Assembly: GCA_043821645.1 (NCBI GenBank)
Contig: JBDRCO010000029.1
Location: forward strand, 1-54,847
Reading direction: 5' to 3'
Length of the DNA stretch: 54,847 bases
DNA from: Pseudomonadota bacterium
GTDB taxonomy: Bacteria; Myxococcota; JACRCW01; JAFGSX01
Below the pieces are notes generated by a model. It had not been told where the DNA came from. It ran no database searches and saw only the letters and a list, made by a program, of their open reading frames with translations. The translations under genes and the position numbers were made by a program. Shown piece after piece: positions 37,131 to 47,300 of this stretch (positions within the stretch are counted from its first letter, which is position 1; each line of letters begins with the position of its first letter).

Positions 37131-38735
37131 TCAGGCTTCCACGACAGCGTCGGGCAGCGTGAAGTAGAAGGTCGCTCCTTCGCCGGGTTTGCTGCGAGCC
37201 CAGATGCGCCCACCATGGCGGGTGATGATGCGCTGCACCGTGGCAAGGCCCACGCCCTGTCCGGGGTAGTCGCTCTGCCGGTGCAGGCGCTGGAAGGGCG
37301 CGAACAGGCGATCCGCCTGCTTCATGTCAAAGCCGACACCCGTGTCGCGGACGTATAGAACCGGCTGGCCCGGTGGAACCTCGCCGTCGAGCTCAGCCCC
37401 AAGGATCTGCCCCACTTCGATGCGCGCGTCGTCGACCAGGCGCGTGAACTTGAAGGCATTGCTCAGCAGGTTCTCCAGCGCCACCCGCAGCAGGTTGGCG
37501 TCGGCGCGCACATGCAATCCAGCCTCGATCTCGACCGCGAAACGCCGGGGAGCTGTCTCGCTGCTCAGCTCATCCACGATGACCCGACACAGGCTCGACA
37601 GGTCGATGTCCATGCGCTGCAGCTCGGCCCTCGACAGCCGGGACAGGCGCAGCAGGTCCTCTATCAACCCGGACATCTGCTCGACACCTTGCCGCATGCG
37701 CGACAGGTAGTGCAGACCCTGCTCGCCCAGGACCTCGCCAAACTCGTCCTGCAGCGCCTCGGCGAAGCCGTTGATGTGGTGCAGGGGCGAACGCAGATCG
37801 TGAGAGACGGAATACACGAAGGCCTCGAGTTCGCTGTTGACCGCCTCGAGCTGCGCGGTGCGCTCGGTCACGCGGCGTTCCAGGGCCTCGTTGAGCTCGT
37901 GCACACGCTGTTCCGCGCGCCTGCGGGCCGAGATGTCGGTGACCACGCCGAGGATCGCGCGCTCCCCCTGCAGCTCGACCTGGTCCGTCGACAGGATGCT
38001 GAACAGGCGCTGGTCGCGCTTGGTCCGCAGGGTACATTCGTAGGGCTCGACCACCTGGCCACGCGCACGCTGGGCCAGCGCTCTGGTCACGGCATCGACG
38101 CTCTCCGGAGCGATCAAGCACATGAAATCGAAAGTGTCGGCGTAGAACTCATCGCGCGAGTAGCCCAGCACAATGCAGGCTCTGGCGTTGACATAGGAGA
38201 CGTGGCCACCGCGGTTGATGAAGATGATGTTGGGCGAGCTCTCGGCCAGGGATCGGAACTTCTCCTCGCTCTCGGCGAGGGCTCGCTCGGCTTGCTTGCG
38301 CCGGGAGATATCCTGGATCACCACCTGAGCGGCTGGCTCGCCTTCGTAGGTCATGGGCGCCACCGCCACCACAGCGTCGAAGGGCTCGCCGTCGAGGCGC
38401 AGCATCTTCTCCTCGATGATCTGGCTCGACGCGCTCTTCTCGTAGACCAGAGCCACGCGCTCGCGCACTGCCGCGTGGGAGTCCGGATGCACGAAGTCCA
38501 GGATGGGCCTGCCCAGGATCAGATCTTGTTCCGGGACTTTAAAGATCTCGAGACAGGTCGGGTTGGCGTAGCGCAGCAGGCCCTGGGAATGGATGGCGAT
38601 GGCGAAGGGTGACAGCTCGACCAGGCGCTGGTAGCGCAGCTCGATCGTGCGCCCGGCCTCGACGTCCGTCGAGCTTCCAGGCGCGTCAGTGGCTCCATGC
38701 TTGCTGCCTGAGGAAGGTCCCTGTCCGGTGCTCAT
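37131..38735 (-). CDS. Cytoplasmic sensor histidine kinase with two PAS domains
   Basis: Two PAS/PAC repeats, H-box SVSHDLRSPL, N-box NLLSNAFKF, DTGVGF and G.G.GLA G-boxes; GGGGAG upstream of ATG 38735. Confidence 0.92.
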   Translation of the reverse strand: MSTGQGPSSGSKHGATDAPGSSTDVEAGRTIELRYQRLVELSPFAIAIHSQGLLRYANPTCLEIFKVPEQDLILGRPILDFVHPDSHAAVRERVALVYEKSASSQIIEEKMLRLDGEPFDAVVAVAPMTYEGEPAAQVVIQDISRRKQAERALAESEEKFRSLAESSPNIIFINRGGHVSYVNARACIVLGYSRDEFYADTFDFMCLIAPESVDAVTRALAQRARGQVVEPYECTLRTKRDQRLFSILSTDQVELQGERAILGVVTDISARRRAEQRVHELNEALERRVTERTAQLEAVNSELEAFVYSVSHDLRSPLHHINGFAEALQDEFGEVLGEQGLHYLSRMRQGVEQMSGLIEDLLRLSRLSRAELQRMDIDLSSLCRVIVDELSSETAPRRFAVEIEAGLHVRADANLLRVALENLLSNAFKFTRLVDDARIEVGQILGAELDGEVPPGQPVLYVRDTGVGFDMKQADRLFAPFQRLHRQSDYPGQGVGLATVQRIITRHGGRIWARSKPGEGATFYFTLPDAVVEA

Positions 38736-38812
38736 CACTCCCCCCCGTCGCGGGTCGAGCACGTGCACGCTGGTGGCGCCCACCGCCATCATGACGAGCC
38801 AGGCCTGGCCGG

Positions 38813-40246
38813 TCAACGCGGGCTGCGGGTCCCCTCGTGGGGCCTCGACTTGTGCCCGGCAAAAGCCACCACGGCCCCAGCGGCCGCAACGATGGCCGCG
38901 GCGACCAGCGCCGTGTGAAACCCCCGCAGCTCGGCCTCGCCCCAGGTCCGTCCGGTCTCGCCCCCGGCGACGTGAAACAAGGTCGTGGCCGTGGCCACGC
39001 CCAGGGCCATGCCGAAGTTCCGCGCCACTGCCAGCACCCCACCCGCCACACCCTGCTGCTGCCGGGGCGCCGAGCCCATGAGCGCGCTCGAGTTGGGCGA
39101 GATGAAGATGCCCGTGCCCAGTCCCATCACCACCTGCCACACGGCGACCAGCGCGACCGGACTCGTGGCGTCGAGGCTGAGCATGCCCAGCAGGCCGCCG
39201 GCCTCGAGCAGCAACCCCGCAGTGGCCAGGGGGCGCGTGCCGATGCGGTCGGACAGGCTGCCCGCGGGCGAGGCCACCAGGGCCATGACCAGCGCCTGCA
39301 CGCTGAGCAGCATGCCGGCGTGACGCGCATCCAGACCCAGAGCCTCGGTCAGGTAAAAGGGCAGCAGGATGATGGGCACGAACAGGGCGACGTAGTTGGC
39401 CATGGCGCTCGCCGCAGCACCGCTGAACGAGACCGAGCGAAACAGCTTCAGATCGAGCACGGGTGTGCGATGGCGCCGTTCGATGACGATGAAGCTCGCG
39501 AGGAGCACCAGGGCGGCCCCGGCACTGCCCAGCGTCGGGAACGAGCTCCAGCCCCAGGCGCGTCCCTCGGACAGGGTGAGCAGGAGCAAGGGCAGGCCGA
39601 ACAGCAGGGTCACCGTTCCGGGCAGGTCCAGCTCGAACGCAGGGCGGGTGGTGCGACCGGGCAGATAGCGCAGGCCCAGCGCCAGGATCACGACAGCGAC
39701 GGGAAGGTTGATGAAGAACACCCAGCGCCAGCCGACGGTGGAGACCAGCAGGCCGCTCAGGGGCGGGCCGATGGTGAGGCCGATGTAGGTGGCCGTGGCC
39801 AGGATACCCAGGGCCTTGCCGCGCTGCTGCGGGGGGAACGAGGTGGTCAGCAGGGCCGGACTCGACGCCATGACCATGGCTCCGCCCACGCCTTGCAGCG
39901 CGCGGCCGGCTACCAGCATGCCGAAGCTCGTCGCCAGACCGCAGGTCAAGGCAGCCAGGCCGAACAGGGTGAACCCTGCCAGATACAGGCGGCGATGGCC
40001 GAGCAAATCACCCAGACGTCCCGCGATGAGCAACAGCGAGGTGACGACGAGCAAAAAGCCCTGCATGACCCAGCTCGAGCGGTCGAGCGAGATCTGCAGC
40101 TCGTGGCCAATGGAGGGCAAGGCCAGGGACACCGCCGAGCCAGCCATGGCGCTGAGCAAAGTGCCAATGCCAATGACGACGAGGACCAGCCGACCGTGGA
40201 GGAACTCCGCGGAAGCCGCCGGATCTGGAGCGGCCGCAGCGTTCAC
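38813..40246 (-). CDS. MFS drug:H+ antiporter (DHA2, EmrB/QacA-like)
   Basis: About 14 TM segments; GRLGDLLGHRR motif A, GP.L.G.L...GWRW.FFINLPV, and LDLKLF motifs. Confidence 0.9.
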   Translation of the reverse strand: MNAAAAPDPAASAEFLHGRLVLVVIGIGTLLSAMAGSAVSLALPSIGHELQISLDRSSWVMQGFLLVVTSLLLIAGRLGDLLGHRRLYLAGFTLFGLAALTCGLATSFGMLVAGRALQGVGGAMVMASSPALLTTSFPPQQRGKALGILATATYIGLTIGPPLSGLLVSTVGWRWVFFINLPVAVVILALGLRYLPGRTTRPAFELDLPGTVTLLFGLPLLLLTLSEGRAWGWSSFPTLGSAGAALVLLASFIVIERRHRTPVLDLKLFRSVSFSGAAASAMANYVALFVPIILLPFYLTEALGLDARHAGMLLSVQALVMALVASPAGSLSDRIGTRPLATAGLLLEAGGLLGMLSLDATSPVALVAVWQVVMGLGTGIFISPNSSALMGSAPRQQQGVAGGVLAVARNFGMALGVATATTLFHVAGGETGRTWGEAELRGFHTALVAAAIVAAAGAVVAFAGHKSRPHEGTRSPR

Positions 40247-40247
40247 G

Positions 40248-42812
40248 TCACACCCCAATGCGCAGTAGCTGGATCAGCGGCTGGTCCACATCGCGCTCGG
40301 CCGAGACGTCGATCTGGCACTCGATCATCCAGTCCGTGGGCCCGTCTCCGTCGAGCAAGACCTGGCGCGCGGTCCACTGGCGCGGGCCGTCCTGCACCAG
40401 GGTCGTGTGTTCCGGCAGGCGCGCGGCGTGGTTGTAGACCAGCGAGGTATGCTCGTCGAAGAAGACCCTGAGGGTGCTGTCGAGGCGCGCGGCGTCCCAG
40501 GGATCTCCGTCCTCGGGGAGGCAGGCCGCCAGCGCGGCCTCCAGGTCGCGTGCGGCCAGGGACGCCACCAGACGATGCAACTCGGCGCGCACCCGGGCCG
40601 CAAACGCGCGCGGATTGACGTCGGGATCAAACAGCTGGCGACGCCTCAGGCGAGCCTCGCGCTCGGCGTCGGGCAGCACCTGCTGGGTGGGCTCGAGGAG
40701 CTGCTCCCACTCGCGCAGCAGGCTCGAGTCCACCTCGGCGAGCAGGGTGCGCAGGGTGGCCAGGATGTCCAGCACGCCCTCGTCGCGAGCGGATTCGGGA
40801 ACGTTCTGCACCAGGGTCTTGTAGGCATCGGAGAGGTAGCGCAGGAGCACACCCTCGCTGCGCTGCAGACCATACTCGCCCACGTAGTCATGAAACCGCA
40901 GACAGCGCTCGTACAGCTCGCGGGCGATGGATTTCGGGCGGATGTCCTCGTGGCCGACCCACGGATGCTTGCCGGCGAAGGCATTGAAGGTGTCGTAGAT
41001 GAACTCGCCCAGCGGTTTTGGGTGTTCGAGCTTCTGCAGCTCTTCCATGCGCTGGTCGTACTCCATGCCCTGGGCCTTGAGTTCGGCCAGGCGCTCCACG
41101 AAGAGCTTGTCGACCTGCTTTTGCAGGACCACCCGCGGGCTCTCCAGGATGGACTCGCACAGGCTCATCACGTCGAGGGCATAGCTCTCGCTGGCGTGGT
41201 CCAACCGGGGCAGGGCATCGAGCAGGAACAGGCTCAGGGTGTGGTTGAGCGAGAAGTCGCGTTGCAGATCCGCGTTGACGACGACGCGGTTGCCGCTGTC
41301 GCGGTTGCGCACCACGCTGACGATGCCACCCTGGACCAGCGAGCGAAAGAGCTGGGCCGCTCGACGCCGGTGCTGGCGCTTCTGGTGGTCCGTATCGTGG
41401 CAGCAGTCGATGAGCGCCACCAGGTCGCGGTAGCCGTTGCGATCCTGCTCGGCACCGCCTTGCAGCAGGTTGAGCAGCATGCCGTGGCCGACCTGAAACT
41501 GCGAGCGCAAGGCCTCGGGCGGCTGCTCGATCAGACGCTTGAAGGTGCCCTCGTCCCAGGCGACGAAGTTGCGCTCGGGGGGCTTCTTCTTGACCACCTT
41601 GGTGCGCTTGAGCCCTCCGCGCGCCACCTTGTCCTCGAGACGCCGGTTCTCGACCACGTGCTCGGGCGCCTGCACCACCACCCAGCCCTGCTCGTCGAAG
41701 CCCTTGCGGCCGGCACGCCCCGCGATCTGCTTGAAGTCGCGCACGCTCAGGATGCCCGTCTTTTCGCCGTCGAACTTGCACAGCTTGCTGAACAGCACGG
41801 TGCGGATGGGGATGTTGACGCCCACGCCCAGGGTGTCGGTGCCGCAGATGACCTTGAGCAGCCCATCCTGGGCCAGTTTCTCGACGAGGAGACGGTACTT
41901 TGGCAGCAGGCCGGCGTGGTGCAAGCCGATGCCAGCGACCGCGTACTTGCGCACGTCCTTGCCGTAGGGCGTGTCGAAGCGATGGCCGTACAGGGCCTGG
42001 GTGATGGCCTGCTTGGCCTCCTTGTCGACGAGCTTGGCGCTGGTCAAGGCCTGGGCCTGCTCGGCGGCGTCGCGCTGGGTGAAATGGACGATGTACACGG
42101 GTGCGCGATGGCTTTCGATCAGCTCCTCGATGCTCTCGTGGACAAAGGTCTCGCGGTACTCGAAGTCGAGGGGCACCGGGCGATCGAAGGAGCGCACCAC
42201 CGCCACCGCGCGACCCGTTCGCTTTTCCAGCGAGCGCTGGATGTCGAGCACGTCGCCCAGGGTGGCCGACATGAGCACGAAGCTGGCGCGGGTCAGCAGC
42301 AGCAGCGGCACCTGCCACGCCACACCGCGGTCGCGGTCGCCATAGTAGTGGAACTCGTCGATGACCACGGCGTCGAAGGGCACCGCAGCCCCCTCGCGCA
42401 GGGCCAGGTTGCTCAGGATCTCGGCGGTGCAGCACAGGATGGGCGCATCGCGATTGATCGAGGCGTCGCCGGTCATCATGCCCACGCGATCGGCGCCGAA
42501 CTGGTCGCACAGGGCAAAGAACTTCTCGCTGACCAGGGCCTTGATGGGCGCGGTGTAGACCGAGCGCTTTCCCTCGGCCAGGGCCTTGAAGTGCAGGGCC
42601 TCGGCCACCAGCGACTTACCCGACCCCGTGGGTGTGTTGAGGATCAAATGCTTGCCCTGGACGATCTCCAGGATCGCTTCTTCTTGCGCAGGGTACAGCT
42701 CGAGGCCGCGCCCGAGCACGGCCTCCAGGAAGCCGTTGAGGATCGCATCGGGATCGGCGGTGGCCGGCAGGTGGGCGATCAGAGGCGGCAGTGGCGACGG
42801 GGACGCGGACAT
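40248..42812 (-). CDS. Ski2-like DEAD/DEAH-box SF2 helicase with DUF3516-type C-terminus
   Basis: TPTGSGKS, YTAPIKAL, DEFH, MSAT, HHAGLLP, TDTLGVGVN and QIAGRAGR motifs. Confidence 0.93.
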   Translation of the reverse strand: MSASPSPLPPLIAHLPATADPDAILNGFLEAVLGRGLELYPAQEEAILEIVQGKHLILNTPTGSGKSLVAEALHFKALAEGKRSVYTAPIKALVSEKFFALCDQFGADRVGMMTGDASINRDAPILCCTAEILSNLALREGAAVPFDAVVIDEFHYYGDRDRGVAWQVPLLLLTRASFVLMSATLGDVLDIQRSLEKRTGRAVAVVRSFDRPVPLDFEYRETFVHESIEELIESHRAPVYIVHFTQRDAAEQAQALTSAKLVDKEAKQAITQALYGHRFDTPYGKDVRKYAVAGIGLHHAGLLPKYRLLVEKLAQDGLLKVICGTDTLGVGVNIPIRTVLFSKLCKFDGEKTGILSVRDFKQIAGRAGRKGFDEQGWVVVQAPEHVVENRRLEDKVARGGLKRTKVVKKKPPERNFVAWDEGTFKRLIEQPPEALRSQFQVGHGMLLNLLQGGAEQDRNGYRDLVALIDCCHDTDHQKRQHRRRAAQLFRSLVQGGIVSVVRNRDSGNRVVVNADLQRDFSLNHTLSLFLLDALPRLDHASESYALDVMSLCESILESPRVVLQKQVDKLFVERLAELKAQGMEYDQRMEELQKLEHPKPLGEFIYDTFNAFAGKHPWVGHEDIRPKSIARELYERCLRFHDYVGEYGLQRSEGVLLRYLSDAYKTLVQNVPESARDEGVLDILATLRTLLAEVDSSLLREWEQLLEPTQQVLPDAEREARLRRRQLFDPDVNPRAFAARVRAELHRLVASLAARDLEAALAACLPEDGDPWDAARLDSTLRVFFDEHTSLVYNHAARLPEHTTLVQDGPRQWTARQVLLDGDGPTDWMIECQIDVSAERDVDQPLIQLLRIGV

Positions 42813-42980
42813 GGCGCGCATTGTGGCACAGCGGTCCGCCGGATGAAGGGGCTTTTTCCCTGGCAGACCGGACCCGCAGGTGTGGCGCTCGTTCCGGCTT
42901 TGCGCTGAAATGGTTGCCAGACCGTTCTGGGGGGCACTTCTCGAACGGCTCAAACATCGACACCTCAGGAGACGCTCACC

Positions 42981-44330
42981 ATGGTCGTCCCGCGTCATGT
43001 CTTTTGTCGCTGCTGCACCTGCTTGCGCTTGGCGGCACTCTGCGTGCTCGCATCCACAGCCCTGGCCGGAACACCGGTCTCGGCGCGGGCAGCGCCAGGT
43101 GTGCTGGAGGGTCGCCCCGTGCCCCAGCGCGTGCTGGTCATGGACCTGCAGGCGACGGGCGTGCCCGAGGCCGTGGCCACGACCACCACGCAGCTCGTGG
43201 CCCAGCACCTTGGCCAGCGCCCGGAGCTGCAGGTGTCCACGCTGGCCGATCTGAAGGGCGCGCTCAGCCTCGAGCAGACCAAGCAACTGGTGGGATGTCG
43301 GGATGGCGCGTGTCTCGCCGACCTGCAGCGCTTCACCCAGGCGGACCTTGTGGTCGCAGGCTCGGTGGGCGCCATCGGCAAGCAGGTGCTGCTGAATCTG
43401 TCTCTTCTCGACGTCAAGGCCTCTCGTTCCCTGGCCCGGGCCAGCGACACCGTCGACGGCACCGACGCCATCGCGCCGGCCCTTCCCGGCGTGCTCGATC
43501 GCCTGTTCGGATGGCAGGGTCAGGCGGCAGGTCCACGCTACGCTCTACCCCAGGGAACGGCCCTGTCCTTCGCCGTCATGGACCTGCAGGCGACAGGTCT
43601 TGCCGAGGAGCTGGCGGTCAACCTGACCCAGGTCCTGGGCACCGAGATCAAGCGCGTCGAGGGCAGCAAGGTCATCAGCCGCGACGACATCAAGGCCATG
43701 CTGCAGCTCGAGCAGACCAAGCAGTTGCTGGCCTGCGAGGACACCTCGTGCATGGCCGAGCTCGGCGGCGCCCTGGGCGTGGACAAGCTGGTGGTGGGCC
43801 ACGTCGGCCAGCTCAATCAGAGCTATGTCATCTCGCTCAGACTCATCGATCCGGCGCGTGCCTCCGTCGACAACCGCGTCACCGAGACCTATCGCGGCAG
43901 CGCCGACCAGCTCATCGGCGCCGTGCGCCACGCCGGCCGCCAGCTCCTGGGCGTGGGCGAGGGCGCCACGGGGACCCTGGCCGTGGGTTGCAGCGAGGAG
44001 GAGGCCGAGGTCTTCGTCGACGGCGAGCTCGCGGGGGTGCTACCGCTGCCGCCGCTGCAGAGCATCGCTGCCGGTCGTCACACGGTGCGCCTGTCCCGCG
44101 ACGGCTTCTTCGACGACCAGTCCGATATCTACGTCAACCCCGGCGAGGCCGCCGTGGTGTGGGCCCAGCTCGAGGAGCGGCCCACGCCCTGGTACCAGAC
44201 CTGGTGGTTCTGGACCCTGACCGGCGGTGCGGTGCTGGCCGCGGGTACCGCCGTGGGTGTGGTGCTCGCCCTGCCCGGCGACATCCCGGATACCGCCTCG
44301 GGAACCCTCACCCTGCGAGGTGCCCCGTGA
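42981..44330 (+). CDS. Secreted protein with two tandem TolB_N/CsgG-like domains, a PEGA domain and a C-terminal hydrophobic anchor
   Basis: Signal peptide; duplicated VMDLQATG...LEQTKQL..C.D..C.A.L module; PEGA (AEVFVDG...G.HTVRLSRDGF); PWYQTWWFW plus hydrophobic stretch. Confidence 0.8.
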   Translation: MVVPRHVFCRCCTCLRLAALCVLASTALAGTPVSARAAPGVLEGRPVPQRVLVMDLQATGVPEAVATTTTQLVAQHLGQRPELQVSTLADLKGALSLEQTKQLVGCRDGACLADLQRFTQADLVVAGSVGAIGKQVLLNLSLLDVKASRSLARASDTVDGTDAIAPALPGVLDRLFGWQGQAAGPRYALPQGTALSFAVMDLQATGLAEELAVNLTQVLGTEIKRVEGSKVISRDDIKAMLQLEQTKQLLACEDTSCMAELGGALGVDKLVVGHVGQLNQSYVISLRLIDPARASVDNRVTETYRGSADQLIGAVRHAGRQLLGVGEGATGTLAVGCSEEEAEVFVDGELAGVLPLPPLQSIAAGRHTVRLSRDGFFDDQSDIYVNPGEAAVVWAQLEERPTPWYQTWWFWTLTGGAVLAAGTAVGVVLALPGDIPDTASGTLTLRGAP

Positions 44331-47300
44331 GGCCGCTGACCCTGGCCACGAGGGGCCTGTGCCTCGCGCTGCTGCTCGCCGACTGCAACAAGGACCAGCA
44401 GCCCGGCAGTTTCGAGGTCGTCTTCGACTGGAGCGCAACCTCGGCGCCCACCGCCGCGGAGTTCCCCGAGCTGTGGGTGCGGGGACGGGTCGAGCGTCGC
44501 GACGGCACCGATCGCGCAGCCTGGACCGTGGTGGCCGAGGCGGCACCGGCGGCCTATGGCTTTTCAGGGGACACGCAGCTCGCCTTCTCCGCCGTGCCCA
44601 ACGAGGCGCGCGCGCTGCTGGTGGTGGTGCTCGAGATCGCGGCGCTGCAGGAACGTGCGTCCCCGGCGACATTCTACGGCGAGTCCGAGCCCTTTGCGAT
44701 CCAGCCCGAGCAGCAGGTCGAGGTGAAGGTGCGCATGCAGACCCGGCGCGTTCCCCACGTGCCGGCCGGCACGGATCCGACCGGGGCCCTGAGCATCGTC
44801 GAGGCCGCCGCCCAGGACGGCCTGGTCGGATCCCCCGAAGTCACCCTGAGCTTCGTCGCCGAGGGCGCCAGCCAGGTCCTGGTCGCCAATGACCTGAGCT
44901 TCTCACTCCACCGCAGCCAGCGAGCCATCACCGAGCTGAGCCGTGACGGCGAGCACTACCTGTGGCGGAGCTGGAACCTCGACACCGGTCTGTGCTCGCA
45001 ACCCCCGTGCGCCGACGGCACGCGACGCGTGTACCTCAAGCTACTCAACGACGAAGGCTATGCCTCGCCCGTGCTCAGCACCCAGGCCACCGTCGACACC
45101 ACGCCGCCCCGGGTCACGCACTCGGTGGCCACGCCGCACCTGCTCAAGCTCGATGGCCAGGTGGCCTTGCAGCTCACCCTCGACGAGCCGCTCAAGGCCG
45201 GTGCCTCGCCCACCGCGAATGCCTTCACCGCCGGCAGCGCGAGCCTGGATCTGGGCCAGGCTCAGGTGAGCTCCGATCGCCTGACCCTGAGCTGGGTCTA
45301 TCGCGCCGCCGCGGGCGCCGATGGTGAATACGCATTGCGCGTCACCGGTCTGTGTGACCGCGTGAACAACTGCCACGGCTCGGCCCTGACCGAGGACGTC
45401 GATGGCCAGGCACTGTGCCCCTTCAGCGTCGATGCCACGGCGCCGATCATCGAGGTTCTGACCACCCCCAGCCCCCGCTACAGCGCCCACAGCGGGTACG
45501 ATCTGGTGCAGGTGCGCCTGCGCGCGGACCAGGCACCGCAGCGCTACGAGCTGTGGGTCGATGACGAGCGCATCAGCGACAGCTGCGCCTCGTCCACCAG
45601 TGATCCGCGCGAGATCGCGTGCAGCTACCAGGTCGTCGACGACGGCACGACGCCAGGCGGCACGCGGGTCGTCTATGCCACCATCTGGGACGCCGCAGGC
45701 AACAGCGATGGCGCCGACGCACCCATCGTCCTCGACTTCGAGCCTCCGGTGCTGCTCAGCCCCGTGGTGTCACCGGGCGTGGCCAACGCCACCAGCGCGG
45801 TGGCCGTGAGCTTCAGCTTCTCGGAACCCGTCACTGCCACCACCGTGCACTGGGACGGTCTGGGCTTCAGCGGTGGTGCCACCGGTCTCGACTTCACCTA
45901 CACCTTGCCGCCCGGAAGCGCCGGAGGCGACGGAAGTCACAGCTTCACCGTCAGCACCCGCGACCTGGTGGGCAATGCCCTGGTCGATGTGGCCGTGGGC
46001 GATCTCCACGTCGACGCGACCCTGCCTGGCCCGGTGCCCGGCAGCATCTCGGTGAGCCCGACATCGGTGCATCTGGGTGACACCTTCACCCTGGCCTTCA
46101 CCATCGACGAGGAGCTGTCGCAAGAGCCCGTGGTGCTGGTCGCGGGCCTGGCCGTGAACAGCTGCACGCGGGTCGGCCTCGACGTCACCTGCACGCACCA
46201 GCCCGCAGCCGGCGACCTCGACGGCTTCAAGGATCTCACCGTGAGCCTGGTGGATCTCGCCGAGAACCACGCCACGCATCATCTGGGCGCGGTCGAGTAC
46301 GACTCCACGCCGCCCGCCGTCATCGGCGCCAGCCTGCTGCGCGAGCCCTTCTTCGCCCCGGCACGGGACGGCCAGCGCACCTGGTTCTCGGCCACCGATC
46401 CCTTCACGGATAGCCCGGTGACGGCGCGGCTGTACGTCTTTGCCAGCGAGCGCCTGAACAACAGCCTTGTCAACGGTCGGCCCGTCCTCAGCGTGACCGG
46501 ACCTGGAAACGCGAGTCTGCCCTTCGTCCTCGACGCCGTCGACGAGGCCCTGGCCATCTTCAGCTACACCTTCGACCCCAATCCTGCGGTTCCCTACGTC
46601 GATGGCGCCTACCAGTTCACGGTGACCTGGGCCGATCTGGCACGCAACGCGACCACCCGCGTGCTTCCTGTCACCATGATGCTCGTCGCCGCAGCACCGG
46701 GACTGGGCGTGGATGTCGACCACACCGTGTACCGGCGCATCCCCTGGGGAGCCGAGGAGAGTTCTGGGGTGCCGCGTTTCTCGCTCTCCGGCAACGTCGG
46801 TGTCTCGAGCAGTGCCGTGCACGTACTGGCCTTCCGGGATACCCAGGCGCGTTCAGGCGATCAGATCGGCATGGGCGACGTCGATGCCGGCAGTGGCGAC
46901 TTCACGATCCCGGATCTGTCCGGCGGCGACGTGGATCGCGTGTACGCCGTGGCCGTGCATCGCTCGGGGGCGCGCGGGCCCGTGCAGGGCATCCGCGACG
47001 TCGAGTGGGTGGCGACCCTGGGCCGCAAGCTCGCCGGCAGCACCGCCTCCAATCCTCACCGCTTCGAGAACCTGGTCGAGTTTCCACCCATGCTCTACGC
47101 GGCCAGCAACGCCACGACGAGCGAGGTTGGTGGTGCCGCGGCGGGTGTGGGAAGCCCCGGCTGGGCCCAGGTTGCCGGTGATGCGGGCTGGACACGGGTC
47201 CGGGCACCCGATACCGAAGGCCAGGCGCAGCCCTCTCCGCGCCAAGATCACGCCATGGCCTACGACGTGGCGCGTGGTCGTTCCGTGCTCTTTGGCGGCA

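Noticed and set aside
42791-44326. N-terminal 512 aa of the 2232 aa ORF
   Set aside because: It overlaps the PEGA gene in another frame and is R/G/P-rich noise; the likely start is GTG 44327, which gives a signal peptide.
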